A stretch of 64,000 nucleotides of DNA, from positions 66,268 to 130,267 of the IMG/VR virus record IMGVR_UViG_3300020190_000012; one strand, written 5' to 3'. Numbering within the stretch: position 1 is the first letter of the stretch; the number at the start of each line of letters is the position of its first letter. This DNA comes from a virus. The notes beneath the pieces are model-generated. The model was not told the DNA's origin. It saw only the letters and a list, made by a program, of their open reading frames with translations, and did no database searches. Below are positions 29,670-38,681 of the stretch, one piece after another. The position numbers and the translations under genes are program-made.

Positions 29670-31716
29670 GCCCCTCTAGGCTCAGTATCCCTGCAGCTAT
29701 CCACTGTGAGCAGTTAGAAACAACACCGTTGCCACACTGTTTGTAACGCTGCGCATTGCTAATCGTCACGATACGGCCATCTTCTTCTTCTCCAAACTCA
29801 TTCCAGTCATGCGGCCATCCCATGAGGACGCAGCACTCAACGGGGGTCAGACGGCGAACGACCATACCTCCACGGCTGTGGGCTGGTTCAGTCTCTGTCC
29901 GCACTACCGCATGGGTGTCGCGTTCTCCAGTATCAAACGCGTTGAGCGTGTTGCTGTGGTCGGCAGGAACCCAAGACTCATCGTCTGTATTTGTCTGTGC
30001 CCTAGCAGACTTGCGGAACACATCCGACTGGCTGATCACGCAGTCACTGGAATCCTTGCCCGTCCTGAGGGAGTGATGCAGGTCGTCAGAAAGTTTCTGA
30101 TTCATTCCATCATATGCTAGGGCTGGGTTGTTTTCATGCTGCACAATACATTTTCCTTCGCTAACATATTGATTTCCAACACCCTTATAGTCTCTTGCCG
30201 CTAATGATCCCACCACCTCTTGGTGATATTTATCATTCTGAGCAATATAGGTTTGGGCATGGTGACTGGTTGGCGCAGGCTGAAGTGCCTGGAGGGCGTT
30301 GGCAACTTCGAGCGGAGTTGCGCTGAAATTATTTTTCTTTGCATCTTCGCGTATGCTGTATGCTTGAGTAATTTCCTGACCAGATATAGCGACGTGATTT
30401 GCAGAATCTCCAAGACCACCTGCGGTCAGCGGTGAAACAACATCTGTGCTGCACGATTCTGCATTTCCAGTGCGTTGATCCCTAGTGAAAAATCTTGGCT
30501 GAAATGCAAGTGCTTCAACGGCATCTGGCTGCATCACGCCCTGTGGAGATGAGCCGTCCAGCGCATATGCGTCATTTGATACACCTATTCCATTTGCGCC
30601 CGTCTGTCCAAGCCTGAAAGCCATGGTTTCTTCAGACTGTTGTGCGATAACCGGGTGATTAAACTCGTGCACACCTGCGCGACCCATGCATGATCGCAGA
30701 GCACCAACCTCATCTGTTGGTACGATACCAGTCTGCTGATTTACATACCTAAATCCCTGACATGGCACATGTTCTATGACCGCAGCAAAGTTGCCCTTGT
30801 CTGGCATGAATTGATCATGACATCTCGTTGTCAAGCTCGACGATTCGTCTCCTGCGTCCCACCATTTCCCCTTCCCTTCTTCGGCGAAGAACTTGGCTTT
30901 GCCGACCTCTCCGACTTCGCTGCCCTCGTTGAGGGCTTCCGTAATTGCTTTGATTTTTTGCTCGCTGAAGATGCTTTCTTCCCTTCCGAGCCCTGTTGCG
31001 GAGGCTCCTCCACCCTGTTCACCTGCTGATTGAGAGCCTCTTTCAGCAACTGGGGGAGGAGCTTGCCCCTGCGCTCTGCACGCCTCAATATGCCTTCGCA
31101 AGCTTTTTTGCTGAGTTTGTATTGGCTCAAGTAGTCCGAGCACCATGGCTGAGCGGGACTCTGTAGGACCTCCGACAACTTCACGCGAGGCAACGACAAA
31201 GACTCTCCTTCGTCTTTGCGCAACTCCGAAGTAGCGGGCATCAAGAACTCGGTAGGCGATGTCAGGATACCCGCTGTCTGCCATTTCACCGAGTACCACT
31301 CCGAAGTCTTTTCCTCCGTTTGAGCTGAGGGCTCCCGGAACGTTTTCCCATACCACCCAGCGAGGACTCTTGGCCCGAACAAGTCGAATGAATTCATGGA
31401 ATAAGCCTGACCTTTCTCCTTCTAGACCCTTTCTTTTACCAGCCACTGATAAATCTTGACACGGGCTGCCACCTATTATGATGTCGACATCCTCAAGGTC
31501 TTCCGCAGCCACCTTGGTGATGTCCCCGAATATCTTCGTGTGGGGGTGCTGCTTGCGCAAGACCTTTTGGCAGGTCTTGTCCCACTCCACAGCCCAGCAC
31601 AACTCACAACCCTCCCGCATGAAACCGAGGCTGAATCCGCCCACCCCCGCGAACAGGTCTCCAACCTTCAGTTTTTTCTTCCCTGTATTGTCAAACATGA
31701 GACGATCCTCCAGCAT
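29659..31716 (-). CDS. dcm: DNA (cytosine-5) methyltransferase with expanded variable region
   Basis: Motifs I FAGVGG, IV GSPCQD, VI ENVPG, VIII QRRRRVF, IX RRLTPVEC, X YKQCGNGV. Confidence 0.95.
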   Translation of the reverse strand: MLEDRLMFDNTGKKKLKVGDLFAGVGGFSLGFMREGCELCWAVEWDKTCQKVLRKQHPHTKIFGDITKVAAEDLEDVDIIIGGSPCQDLSVAGKRKGLEGERSGLFHEFIRLVRAKSPRWVVWENVPGALSSNGGKDFGVVLGEMADSGYPDIAYRVLDARYFGVAQRRRRVFVVASREVVGGPTESRSAMVLGLLEPIQTQQKSLRRHIEACRAQGQAPPPVAERGSQSAGEQGGGASATGLGREESIFSEQKIKAITEALNEGSEVGEVGKAKFFAEEGKGKWWDAGDESSSLTTRCHDQFMPDKGNFAAVIEHVPCQGFRYVNQQTGIVPTDEVGALRSCMGRAGVHEFNHPVIAQQSEETMAFRLGQTGANGIGVSNDAYALDGSSPQGVMQPDAVEALAFQPRFFTRDQRTGNAESCSTDVVSPLTAGGLGDSANHVAISGQEITQAYSIREDAKKNNFSATPLEVANALQALQPAPTSHHAQTYIAQNDKYHQEVVGSLAARDYKGVGNQYVSEGKCIVQHENNPALAYDGMNQKLSDDLHHSLRTGKDSSDCVISQSDVFRKSARAQTNTDDESWVPADHSNTLNAFDTGERDTHAVVRTETEPAHSRGGMVVRRLTPVECCVLMGWPHDWNEFGEEEDGRIVTISNAQRYKQCGNGVVSNCSQWIAAGILSLEGLSE
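30831..31397 (-). CDS. nested alternative-frame ORF, M.EcoHK31I beta-subunit-like
   Basis: KTS....VKW..AG, LSEVL, LS.KAC.GILRRAERRGK.LP..L..AL recalled from overlapping ORFs of C5 MTases. Confidence 0.7.
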   Translation of the reverse strand: MNSFDLFGPRVLAGWYGKTFREPSAQTEEKTSEWYSVKWQTAGILTSPTEFLMPATSELRKDEGESLSLPRVKLSEVLQSPAQPWCSDYLSQYKLSKKACEGILRRAERRGKLLPQLLKEALNQQVNRVEEPPQQGSEGKKASSASKKSKQLRKPSTRAAKSERSAKPSSSPKKGRGNGGTQETNRRA

Positions 31717-31773
31717 AAACTTTTCGGAGTACCTAAACAGGTCCTCCCTAAAAAAGTTGCCACAAGATCAATC

Positions 31774-33894
31774 TTACGACCTGACCTTCTTACCGGCGGC
31801 ACGTTCGAGTCTCTGTATCATGTCTTCAGCCTTTTCAGGAGCAGAATCCTTAATTACCTGAGCCATCAGGGCGAGGCGATCTTCGGGTTTCTCCACTGCG
31901 TGGAGATATGGTACGAGCATCTTTCGTATCCCACTCAGGTCTGATCCAGACAGCACCATATCCACTATGTGTGCCTCCATCTGTGCCCAACGGAGACCCT
32001 GACCCTGTGTCTGCCTGTGCAGATTTCCTCCCCTGAACTGTCTTTCGTATACAGTCTGTATTGCATGTGGATTACCTGTGCCAAAGACATAATCCAGAGC
32101 ATTTTTGCCCTGTTGGTTTTTTTCGTGCGCGATGACATATGGCATCAATTCCTTCAAATCATTCGACAGCTTTTCAAGAGCTGTATCTATGTTGTAATCC
32201 TGAAGCATTGTCTTGTCATATGATGCGACGGCTGTTAAAAAAGAAATGAATTTAGCATACGGAGCCTTTGATGCAGCCATAATTATCTGCGGCCTCCACT
32301 CAGGAGATTCGAGCGTCCGCTTGAGGTCCTCCCACGGAGCAAATGTATCTACCAGAAACTGCTTCTGCTGCTGGGTTTGAGGTTCTGTGTGTTTTGGGAT
32401 GTTAATTCCCTGGAACAAGGCTCGTTTGAAATTTTGCACTGCCGCTTGACGGACAGAATTAATTGCAAGCTTGAGAGCATCTATGGCCACACTTGCCCCA
32501 TTTTCAGACGCCACTTCGTACACCACAGGTTTCAGGGCTACAGCCCACTGAAACTTGCCTTCTGATATAAGTTGTTTTGCCTCTTCTATTATCTCTTTGT
32601 TGCTTTCTGTCGCCTGTATTCTACCAGATTGGGTTTCAAGCAGCAGCGTCAGGTGCAGAGAGAACATGCCCCTCGACATGAGATCTTTCTTTATTTCTTT
32701 TTCCTGATCTTTCGGCAATGCAGACAGATAGCTATAGGCTTCCGAAAAGCCTTCTGATGAGCATTCAGACATCGACTTTGCCAATGTTCCTTTCCATTTG
32801 TCAGCCAGATCATAGACGGCAATTATGCATATCGCCCTTTCGCATGGCGTCAAAGGGACGTTTGACATGTTGGTGAAGGAGCCAGCATCTGTACTGTGTG
32901 GAGCCATGAGTGCCCACTGTTTTCCATCCCGAACAAACATGAACACTTCTCCGCCATACCTAGAATGCAGCATATGGGCACAATCGAAATTTTTCATGGT
33001 GCCTATGCAAAATCTATCAGAATTTTCTATGAGATGATGCTGTTTTTCCCAATTGTTATATCTATAAACAGTCATTGCCGGGAATCCAGGCAGGGCAAAC
33101 CTACGAACAACTTCCATCTGATCTCCGGGGTCAAAAACCTTGTGTTCTAGTCCCCATTCTCTTTTTGTATTTTTTTCTTCCACCCCGTCCATGTCGGCAG
33201 AGATTTCCTCAAGGCTCTTGTAATCATCAACCTTCTTGGGTACAAGGCCCACCTTCAGTTGTTCTATTCTTTCCTCTACAGCAGCCGCTTGTGCATCAAA
33301 ATGGTCTAGGGGTATCTCCTCATTTTTCATCACCCTAGAAAAGAACAATTTGTTCTTGAGGGGAAGAGATTCAATTTTTGTGATAACATCATCAGGTATG
33401 CCCTCGGCTTTTGCTGCCTGAATCCAGGATGCGCTGCTTGTCGATGCGGCGGAAGCAAGCCTGAGTTCAGGCGAAGGGTTCCAACGCGCGTTAGACCCCG
33501 AAGATCCTCCTCCCGAGCCACTTCCTGCAGATCCGCCCGTCAAAGACCACAAAGATTTCTTGGGTGTCTCAGGCACACCTCCTAAATTATTAAATGCCGA
33601 CATGAGTCGCTTTATTTCTGGTGTTGTCTTACCACCGCCAGACACATATGCGCTGAGCAATTTAGAGGCATCTTTGCCATTACTGGTGGATCGCAGCATG
33701 GCTTTAGCAACCATATCTGCACCCTTCTTCTTCACCAAATTTGTCATGAATCGTATCATTTTTTCAACGACATACGCTTTTGTCAATTCAGTTGCCCCCC
33801 TGGCAAGATATGGAAGGGAAGCCCTGACGAGTGGCCAAAGCGCCGCAAAAGCTTCTTTCTGCATCATAATATTTTGACTGCGTATTTTTATCAC
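31774..33894 (-). CDS. large hypothetical protein, putative internal virion protein
   Basis: QKEA followed by hydrophobic FAALWPLV; Gly/Ser linker; RLAS...SWIQAAKA. Confidence 0.75.
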   Translation of the reverse strand: MIKIRSQNIMMQKEAFAALWPLVRASLPYLARGATELTKAYVVEKMIRFMTNLVKKKGADMVAKAMLRSTSNGKDASKLLSAYVSGGGKTTPEIKRLMSAFNNLGGVPETPKKSLWSLTGGSAGSGSGGGSSGSNARWNPSPELRLASAASTSSASWIQAAKAEGIPDDVITKIESLPLKNKLFFSRVMKNEEIPLDHFDAQAAAVEERIEQLKVGLVPKKVDDYKSLEEISADMDGVEEKNTKREWGLEHKVFDPGDQMEVVRRFALPGFPAMTVYRYNNWEKQHHLIENSDRFCIGTMKNFDCAHMLHSRYGGEVFMFVRDGKQWALMAPHSTDAGSFTNMSNVPLTPCERAICIIAVYDLADKWKGTLAKSMSECSSEGFSEAYSYLSALPKDQEKEIKKDLMSRGMFSLHLTLLLETQSGRIQATESNKEIIEEAKQLISEGKFQWAVALKPVVYEVASENGASVAIDALKLAINSVRQAAVQNFKRALFQGINIPKHTEPQTQQQKQFLVDTFAPWEDLKRTLESPEWRPQIIMAASKAPYAKFISFLTAVASYDKTMLQDYNIDTALEKLSNDLKELMPYVIAHEKNQQGKNALDYVFGTGNPHAIQTVYERQFRGGNLHRQTQGQGLRWAQMEAHIVDMVLSGSDLSGIRKMLVPYLHAVEKPEDRLALMAQVIKDSAPEKAEDMIQRLERAAGKKVRS

Positions 33895-33903
33895 AATGTG
33901 TTA

Positions 33904-33939
33904 TTTCCGCCAAGAGGATCTATTCCCTGCCCCGTGAAA
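33904..33939. promoter_or_regulatory. overlapping divergent promoters AGG-N18-GAAA on both strands
   Basis: Minus copy 33904-33928, plus copy 33915-33939. Confidence 0.6.
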
Positions 33940-33947
33940 TTCATGAT

Positions 33948-34484
33948 ATGCTCCACATAAGGGCAAATTATTCAAGACCTGTCAAATATTTTTCAGTTGA
34001 CATTGAGGCTGACGGTCCATCTCCAGCTGTTGGATCGATGATTGAATTGGGTTGCGTTGCCGTAGACGATCCGTCCAAGAGATTTTCTGTCAAAATACGC
34101 CCAGATAAAGACACCTTCAACCCGCGCTCACTTGCCATTTCAGGTTTCACGAGGGAACAGACCATGGGGTTTGAAGATCCCAAATCCGCCATGGAGTCCT
34201 TCAACAGGTGGATATCTGAAAACTCCCATGACAGCTCGCCCATTTTTGTCAGCGACAACGGATTCGACTGGTCTTTTGTTGACTTTTATTTTCACAAATA
34301 TGTGGGTCAAAATCCTTTTGGACATTCCCCAAGAAACCTTCATGACCTGCACAAGGGCTTCAGGAGGTCTCTGTCCAATCGGCTTTCTGACGAGCGCGGC
34401 AATCTTCCACATTCTGCCGTTGAGGATGCCTACATGAATGCCATGCACATGAGGAAGTTGATGGAAGATGGGCTCGAGGGCTGA
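33948..34484 (+). CDS. DEDDh 3'-5' exonuclease
   Basis: VDIEADG, FDWSF, HSAVEDA. Confidence 0.88.
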   Translation: MLHIRANYSRPVKYFSVDIEADGPSPAVGSMIELGCVAVDDPSKRFSVKIRPDKDTFNPRSLAISGFTREQTMGFEDPKSAMESFNRWISENSHDSSPIFVSDNGFDWSFVDFYFHKYVGQNPFGHSPRNLHDLHKGFRRSLSNRLSDERGNLPHSAVEDAYMNAMHMRKLMEDGLEG

Positions 34485-34499
34485 GCGTAAGATTGCCTT

Positions 34500-35387
34500 G
34501 TGATGCACACGCATGAAGATGAAAAACTTGTTGACATCATGGGCGGCAGATCAAGAATCGAGGAACAGATTTTTGACCATGGTTTTGTGGCGCTCGTTGA
34601 CCTGATGCCAAGGCTGGTTCCTGAAGGAAAGACTGCAGATTACGCCATAGCCCAAGCTGCAAGAACCAGCTACGGGCACGGCACCAAGAAAATAAACGAG
34701 GATGAGGGGCTGATCCGCTACCTGATGCGGCACAGGCACACCACCCCGTTTGAATTCTGCGAGGTCAAGTTTCACATCAGGATGCCGATCTTTGTGGCCC
34801 GCCAGTGGATCCGCCACCGTACCGCGAACGTGAACGAGTACTCAGCACGCTACTCGGTGGTTCCTGACCAGTTTTACACTCCAGGTGGCGACGCGGTAAA
34901 GCAGCAGAGTGCCACCAACAAGCAGGGCAGGGGGGACAGTCTTCCTCCTGAGGCAGTTGAATCATTCATAGAATCCTGTGACTCCATATCATCTGAATCA
35001 TATTCAAAGTACATGGAGGCAATAAATGGCGGCGTGGCCAGGGAACTCGCCAGGATCATCCTGCCCGTGAACGCCTACACAGAATGGTATTGGAAATGTG
35101 ATCTTCACAATATTTTTCATTTTTTACACCTCCGCATGGATCCCCATGCACAGATGGAGATCAGGGTGTACGCAGATGCCATGTATGGGTTGATCAAGCC
35201 ATTCTTCCCAATTGCATGTAAAGCTTTTGAGGACTACAGCTTACACTCAGTACACCTGACTGCTCTCGAGGTTGAAGCCATCAAAAATGGTCAGCCCATC
35301 CAGACCTCGAATCGGCGGGAGGCTTCAGAATGGGAGGTCAAGATGTCGGGGCTTGGTTTGGTGCGCAGAGGATCTATGGGCGTATAA
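34500..35387 (+). CDS. thyX: FAD-dependent thymidylate synthase
   Basis: RHRHTTPFE, RQWIRHRTANVNEYSARY, ARELAR, HAQMEIR. Confidence 0.97.
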   Translation: MMHTHEDEKLVDIMGGRSRIEEQIFDHGFVALVDLMPRLVPEGKTADYAIAQAARTSYGHGTKKINEDEGLIRYLMRHRHTTPFEFCEVKFHIRMPIFVARQWIRHRTANVNEYSARYSVVPDQFYTPGGDAVKQQSATNKQGRGDSLPPEAVESFIESCDSISSESYSKYMEAINGGVARELARIILPVNAYTEWYWKCDLHNIFHFLHLRMDPHAQMEIRVYADAMYGLIKPFFPIACKAFEDYSLHSVHLTALEVEAIKNGQPIQTSNRREASEWEVKMSGLGLVRRGSMGV

Positions 35388-35460
35388 TGCTAATGATTCA
35401 TTCCAACCCTTTTTCACATGAATAACAAATAGGGTTACAAACCTCAACAAAGGAGAAAGC

Positions 35461-36222
35461 ATGAAGAAGTGTATTTTTAGTTTGGTAACGGTATTGACAG
35501 CAACTTCGGTTGTTTTTGGTGCCCAGCAGCCCCAGGCACCAGTCCAGACAGGAGGTGGGGTGGATGCCCTCTCACTTAGCAATTTCGGCTTCAGCGAAAA
35601 TATCAATTTCTACAACCTGAACACGGGCAATGTCACCCAGTTCCTGCAGAGGGTTGACTATAATTTTAGCGACAAGCTTGACCTCCACCTGATCCTGCCA
35701 GTGTACACAGATGGAAGTACTGGCGCAGGGATGCTCACCTTGGGGGCGCAGTATGAGTTGCTGACGTCTCCTGTGTCTTTTATTGACTCCGTCGATCTCG
35801 GGCTGAACCTGATGCTCCCTACATCCTCTGCAGGCTTCGGTGGCAGTGGCGTCAACCCCGTCCTCAATGCGGGCATTGGTGGCAAGACGCCGATTGAGAA
35901 GCTGACCTACTCCACTGGCGCAAGTTGGGAGTGGAATACAAATGGAGACTACCTACCCATCTTTGGTGGATTTATCACCTATAATGTGCTGGATGTCGAT
36001 GCCTCGCTCAACTATGAGATCATCAAGGATCTCAGCGTGGCCGCCAACTACAACTTCTGGTACCTAGACAGCGGCTCTAGTCTGAACACAATCGGGCCGG
36101 GCCTAAAATGGGACATGTGCAACAACGCTTCTTTTGACTTCGCGTGTGACATTCCATTCGAGGAGAGTAGTGCCAACGATCTTGACCTCGTGGTCAGGTT
36201 TGGTTTGAATGTCAAGTTCTAA
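35461..36222 (+). CDS. putative outer-membrane beta-barrel protein
   Basis: Signal peptide, amphipathic aromatic strands, C-terminal FGLNVKF. Confidence 0.7.
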   Translation: MKKCIFSLVTVLTATSVVFGAQQPQAPVQTGGGVDALSLSNFGFSENINFYNLNTGNVTQFLQRVDYNFSDKLDLHLILPVYTDGSTGAGMLTLGAQYELLTSPVSFIDSVDLGLNLMLPTSSAGFGGSGVNPVLNAGIGGKTPIEKLTYSTGASWEWNTNGDYLPIFGGFITYNVLDVDASLNYEIIKDLSVAANYNFWYLDSGSSLNTIGPGLKWDMCNNASFDFACDIPFEESSANDLDLVVRFGLNVKF

Positions 36223-36251
36223 AAAAATCTTCAAGAAAGAGAGAAAAGAAA

Positions 36252-36404
36252 ATGGACAACAAGAACTCATGCCCCGTCAAGTGCCCAATGGGTGGCTTCT
36301 GCTGGAAGAACCCCGTTCACTGGTTCTTCGGTCTCGCCGTCCTGCCCTTCACGCTGGAAGGTGTTAAGGTCATTTTGGCCGCCATCAAAAATGTTACTGG
36401 CTGA
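36252..36404 (+). CDS. 50-aa Cys-containing membrane protein (not in ORF track)
   Basis: MDNKNSCPVKCPMGGFCWKNPVHWFFGLAVLPFTLEGVKVILAAIKNVTG; purine-rich RBS; terminator downstream. Confidence 0.65.
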   Translation: MDNKNSCPVKCPMGGFCWKNPVHWFFGLAVLPFTLEGVKVILAAIKNVTG

Positions 36405-36429
36405 CAATTGTTTCTTATGAAACGATCCT

Positions 36430-36463
36430 GCGGGGGCGTCGCAAGACGCCCCCGCTTTCTTTT
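36430..36463 (+). terminator. intrinsic terminator
   Basis: GCGGGGGCGTC-GCAA-GACGCCCCCGC followed by TTTCTTTT. Confidence 0.9.
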
Positions 36464-36480
36464 ATAGACGATAAAAAAGC

Positions 36481-37035
36481 ATGTCGGACGGAACGTTCAA
36501 GATGAGGGAGTGGAAGTCATACTCGGATGGACTGAGGGACTTCTGTAGATATGTCAACAAAAAAGTTTCGCACGATGTGAAGTCTGTGGTTGAGATCGGA
36601 TGCTACATGGGGGAGGGAACCAGAATACTTCGCGAGTGTTTTCCCAGGGCGGTGATTCGGTGCATAGACCCATGGAAGACCGGCTTTGACTCCACCGATC
36701 CGACTAGTTTCTCAGACATGTCCAAGGTTGAGGAGTCTTTCGACAGCGCCGTGGCACCATTCTCCCACATAGTAAAATACAAAGGGGTTTCAGAGGACTT
36801 CATTGACTATCCTGAGTTTAAGAAAATCCATGTGGTCTACATAGATGGATGCCACACATACGAGGCCGTCAAGCAAGACCTGCTCACCTGGTTACCCCGT
36901 GCGCGTCTCGCCATCGGTGGGCACGATTTCGGCTCTGGTCTCGAAAGGCTGAAAGGCGTCGAGAGGGCGGTTGTAGAAATAGTCGGCAAGCCTGATATGG
37001 CATTTCAGGACACATCATGGGTCAAGATATTGTAG
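36481..37035 (+). CDS. SAM-dependent methyltransferase (Methyltransf_24-like)
   Basis: VEIGCYMG, IDPW, YIDGCHTYE, GGHD. Confidence 0.85.
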   Translation: MSDGTFKMREWKSYSDGLRDFCRYVNKKVSHDVKSVVEIGCYMGEGTRILRECFPRAVIRCIDPWKTGFDSTDPTSFSDMSKVEESFDSAVAPFSHIVKYKGVSEDFIDYPEFKKIHVVYIDGCHTYEAVKQDLLTWLPRARLAIGGHDFGSGLERLKGVERAVVEIVGKPDMAFQDTSWVKIL

Positions 37036-38672
37036 TCAAATCCAAGGCGGTATGGAGGCCTTTGCATCTGTTCCTATACCACAAGGACGATGACGCCACA
37101 AGGAACAATTTCGAACAACTGTGCAGCGTGGAGGGCTCGGAGAATGTACAGCCCATATCTGACTGTCGTTCGTTCCTCAAGGGCACATTCAGGGCGGACC
37201 ATGGAAAATGGCCCTTCCCCCACTGGGATAGTTATTGGATGTGTGATGGATTGATATACAAGTATGTCCTTGCCAACAGGGACAGGGTTTTATCGAGCTC
37301 TGCCATTTGCATCAATGAATACGACACATGGTGGCAGATTGCGTCCTCCGAGTGGATGCCGAAGACCGTGGCAGAATCTGACATATCAGGGTCCAATCTT
37401 TTGAAATTTGGACAAGACGGCTGGACATTCTTTGAAAAGCATAAGCATCTCGAATTCGCTAATCAGCTGCGTGGTCTGGTTCCGTTCTCGGTGATATGCG
37501 TAAAGCCGGAATGCATGGTTGCGATAGCCGAGAGGGTTCGTGATGATACGCGTCTTCACCCACTTTACAACAATGAGATGAGGATAGGCACCACCGCGAA
37601 TCTGATTGGCTCCCGCATGGGGACGCTTCCCCAAGCAATTGGAAAGAATGTGCAGTGGCACAGGTGCGAATACAGCAAGAATCCTGGGATTTATCACCCG
37701 ATCAAAACTGCTGTCGCATCCCCGCAAGCCAGCCCGACAGTGAAGAAGACCACCAAGGTGAAGGGTAAGGCATCGAATAAGGCTGGCAAGGGTGAGTTTG
37801 CTGTAATCACAGGTGCATTCTATGGGGATCCTCAGCGCTGCTTTGAAGCCGCAAGACGCCTGCGTGCATCGGTTGAGCGATTCGACAGGGAGTTCGTGGT
37901 TGTTGACGGACCATGCCCGAAGACTATGCAGGAGATGAAGAACCATCTGATCGTCCCGAAACTTGAGGAGATGGATCACAAGTGGGTCATGTGGCTCGAC
38001 TGCTCCGATGTCTATTGTGCGCAGGATCCCTACCTTGCGGTCAAGTATGCAAAGGCATGTGGGAAAGAAATCCTTGTGTCAGCGGAGGGGAACTGCTGGC
38101 CAGAACCTGAATTCTCATATAAGTTCAGGGCTTCACCATACAACTTCAGTGGCATTGACTACAAATATCTCTGTGCTGGTGTCTGCATGGGCAGGAGGGT
38201 TGACTTCATCAGGCACATGAAGATCATGCAGGACATGTATTCTAGACAGAAGGAGCTCATGGAGTCGTGGAGGACAGATCAGGCCACCTGGCACCGCATG
38301 TTCCTCAACCAAGCCACGCTTGGCGCTTCAGTTGAACTTGATTATGCATGCCATATGGTCGTATCGACCTGCAATGTGCCGATGGTTAATTTTGTGGAAG
38401 GCTTAAGAAATAGAAAACCATGCGTTAAAATAAAACCAACAGGAGGCAAGCCGATCATCCTCCACTTCAACGGCAACGACAAGCACAACACGGACAAGAT
38501 AAATACTCTGATAGGCATGACAGACACCACTGGATATGAAGAGGGGTTGAGGAAGCCCTACAGTCCTTCGGCGGACATGAGAGACTTCCACAGACAGGTG
38601 GTCAGGATGGAAGACATCGTGAAACAAAAACCATCTCCTTCAAAATTCAGACGGGTCATATCATCCATCTAG
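37017..38672 (+). CDS. two-domain glycosyltransferase (C-terminal PLOD/LH3-type GT domain)
   Basis: EYD in N-domain; LDCSD, SAEGNCWP, YLCAG..MG, DQ, LHFNG in C-domain. Confidence 0.7.
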   Translation: MGQDIVVKSKAVWRPLHLFLYHKDDDATRNNFEQLCSVEGSENVQPISDCRSFLKGTFRADHGKWPFPHWDSYWMCDGLIYKYVLANRDRVLSSSAICINEYDTWWQIASSEWMPKTVAESDISGSNLLKFGQDGWTFFEKHKHLEFANQLRGLVPFSVICVKPECMVAIAERVRDDTRLHPLYNNEMRIGTTANLIGSRMGTLPQAIGKNVQWHRCEYSKNPGIYHPIKTAVASPQASPTVKKTTKVKGKASNKAGKGEFAVITGAFYGDPQRCFEAARRLRASVERFDREFVVVDGPCPKTMQEMKNHLIVPKLEEMDHKWVMWLDCSDVYCAQDPYLAVKYAKACGKEILVSAEGNCWPEPEFSYKFRASPYNFSGIDYKYLCAGVCMGRRVDFIRHMKIMQDMYSRQKELMESWRTDQATWHRMFLNQATLGASVELDYACHMVVSTCNVPMVNFVEGLRNRKPCVKIKPTGGKPIILHFNGNDKHNTDKINTLIGMTDTTGYEEGLRKPYSPSADMRDFHRQVVRMEDIVKQKPSPSKFRRVISSI

Positions 38673-38681
38673 GAAAAATCC

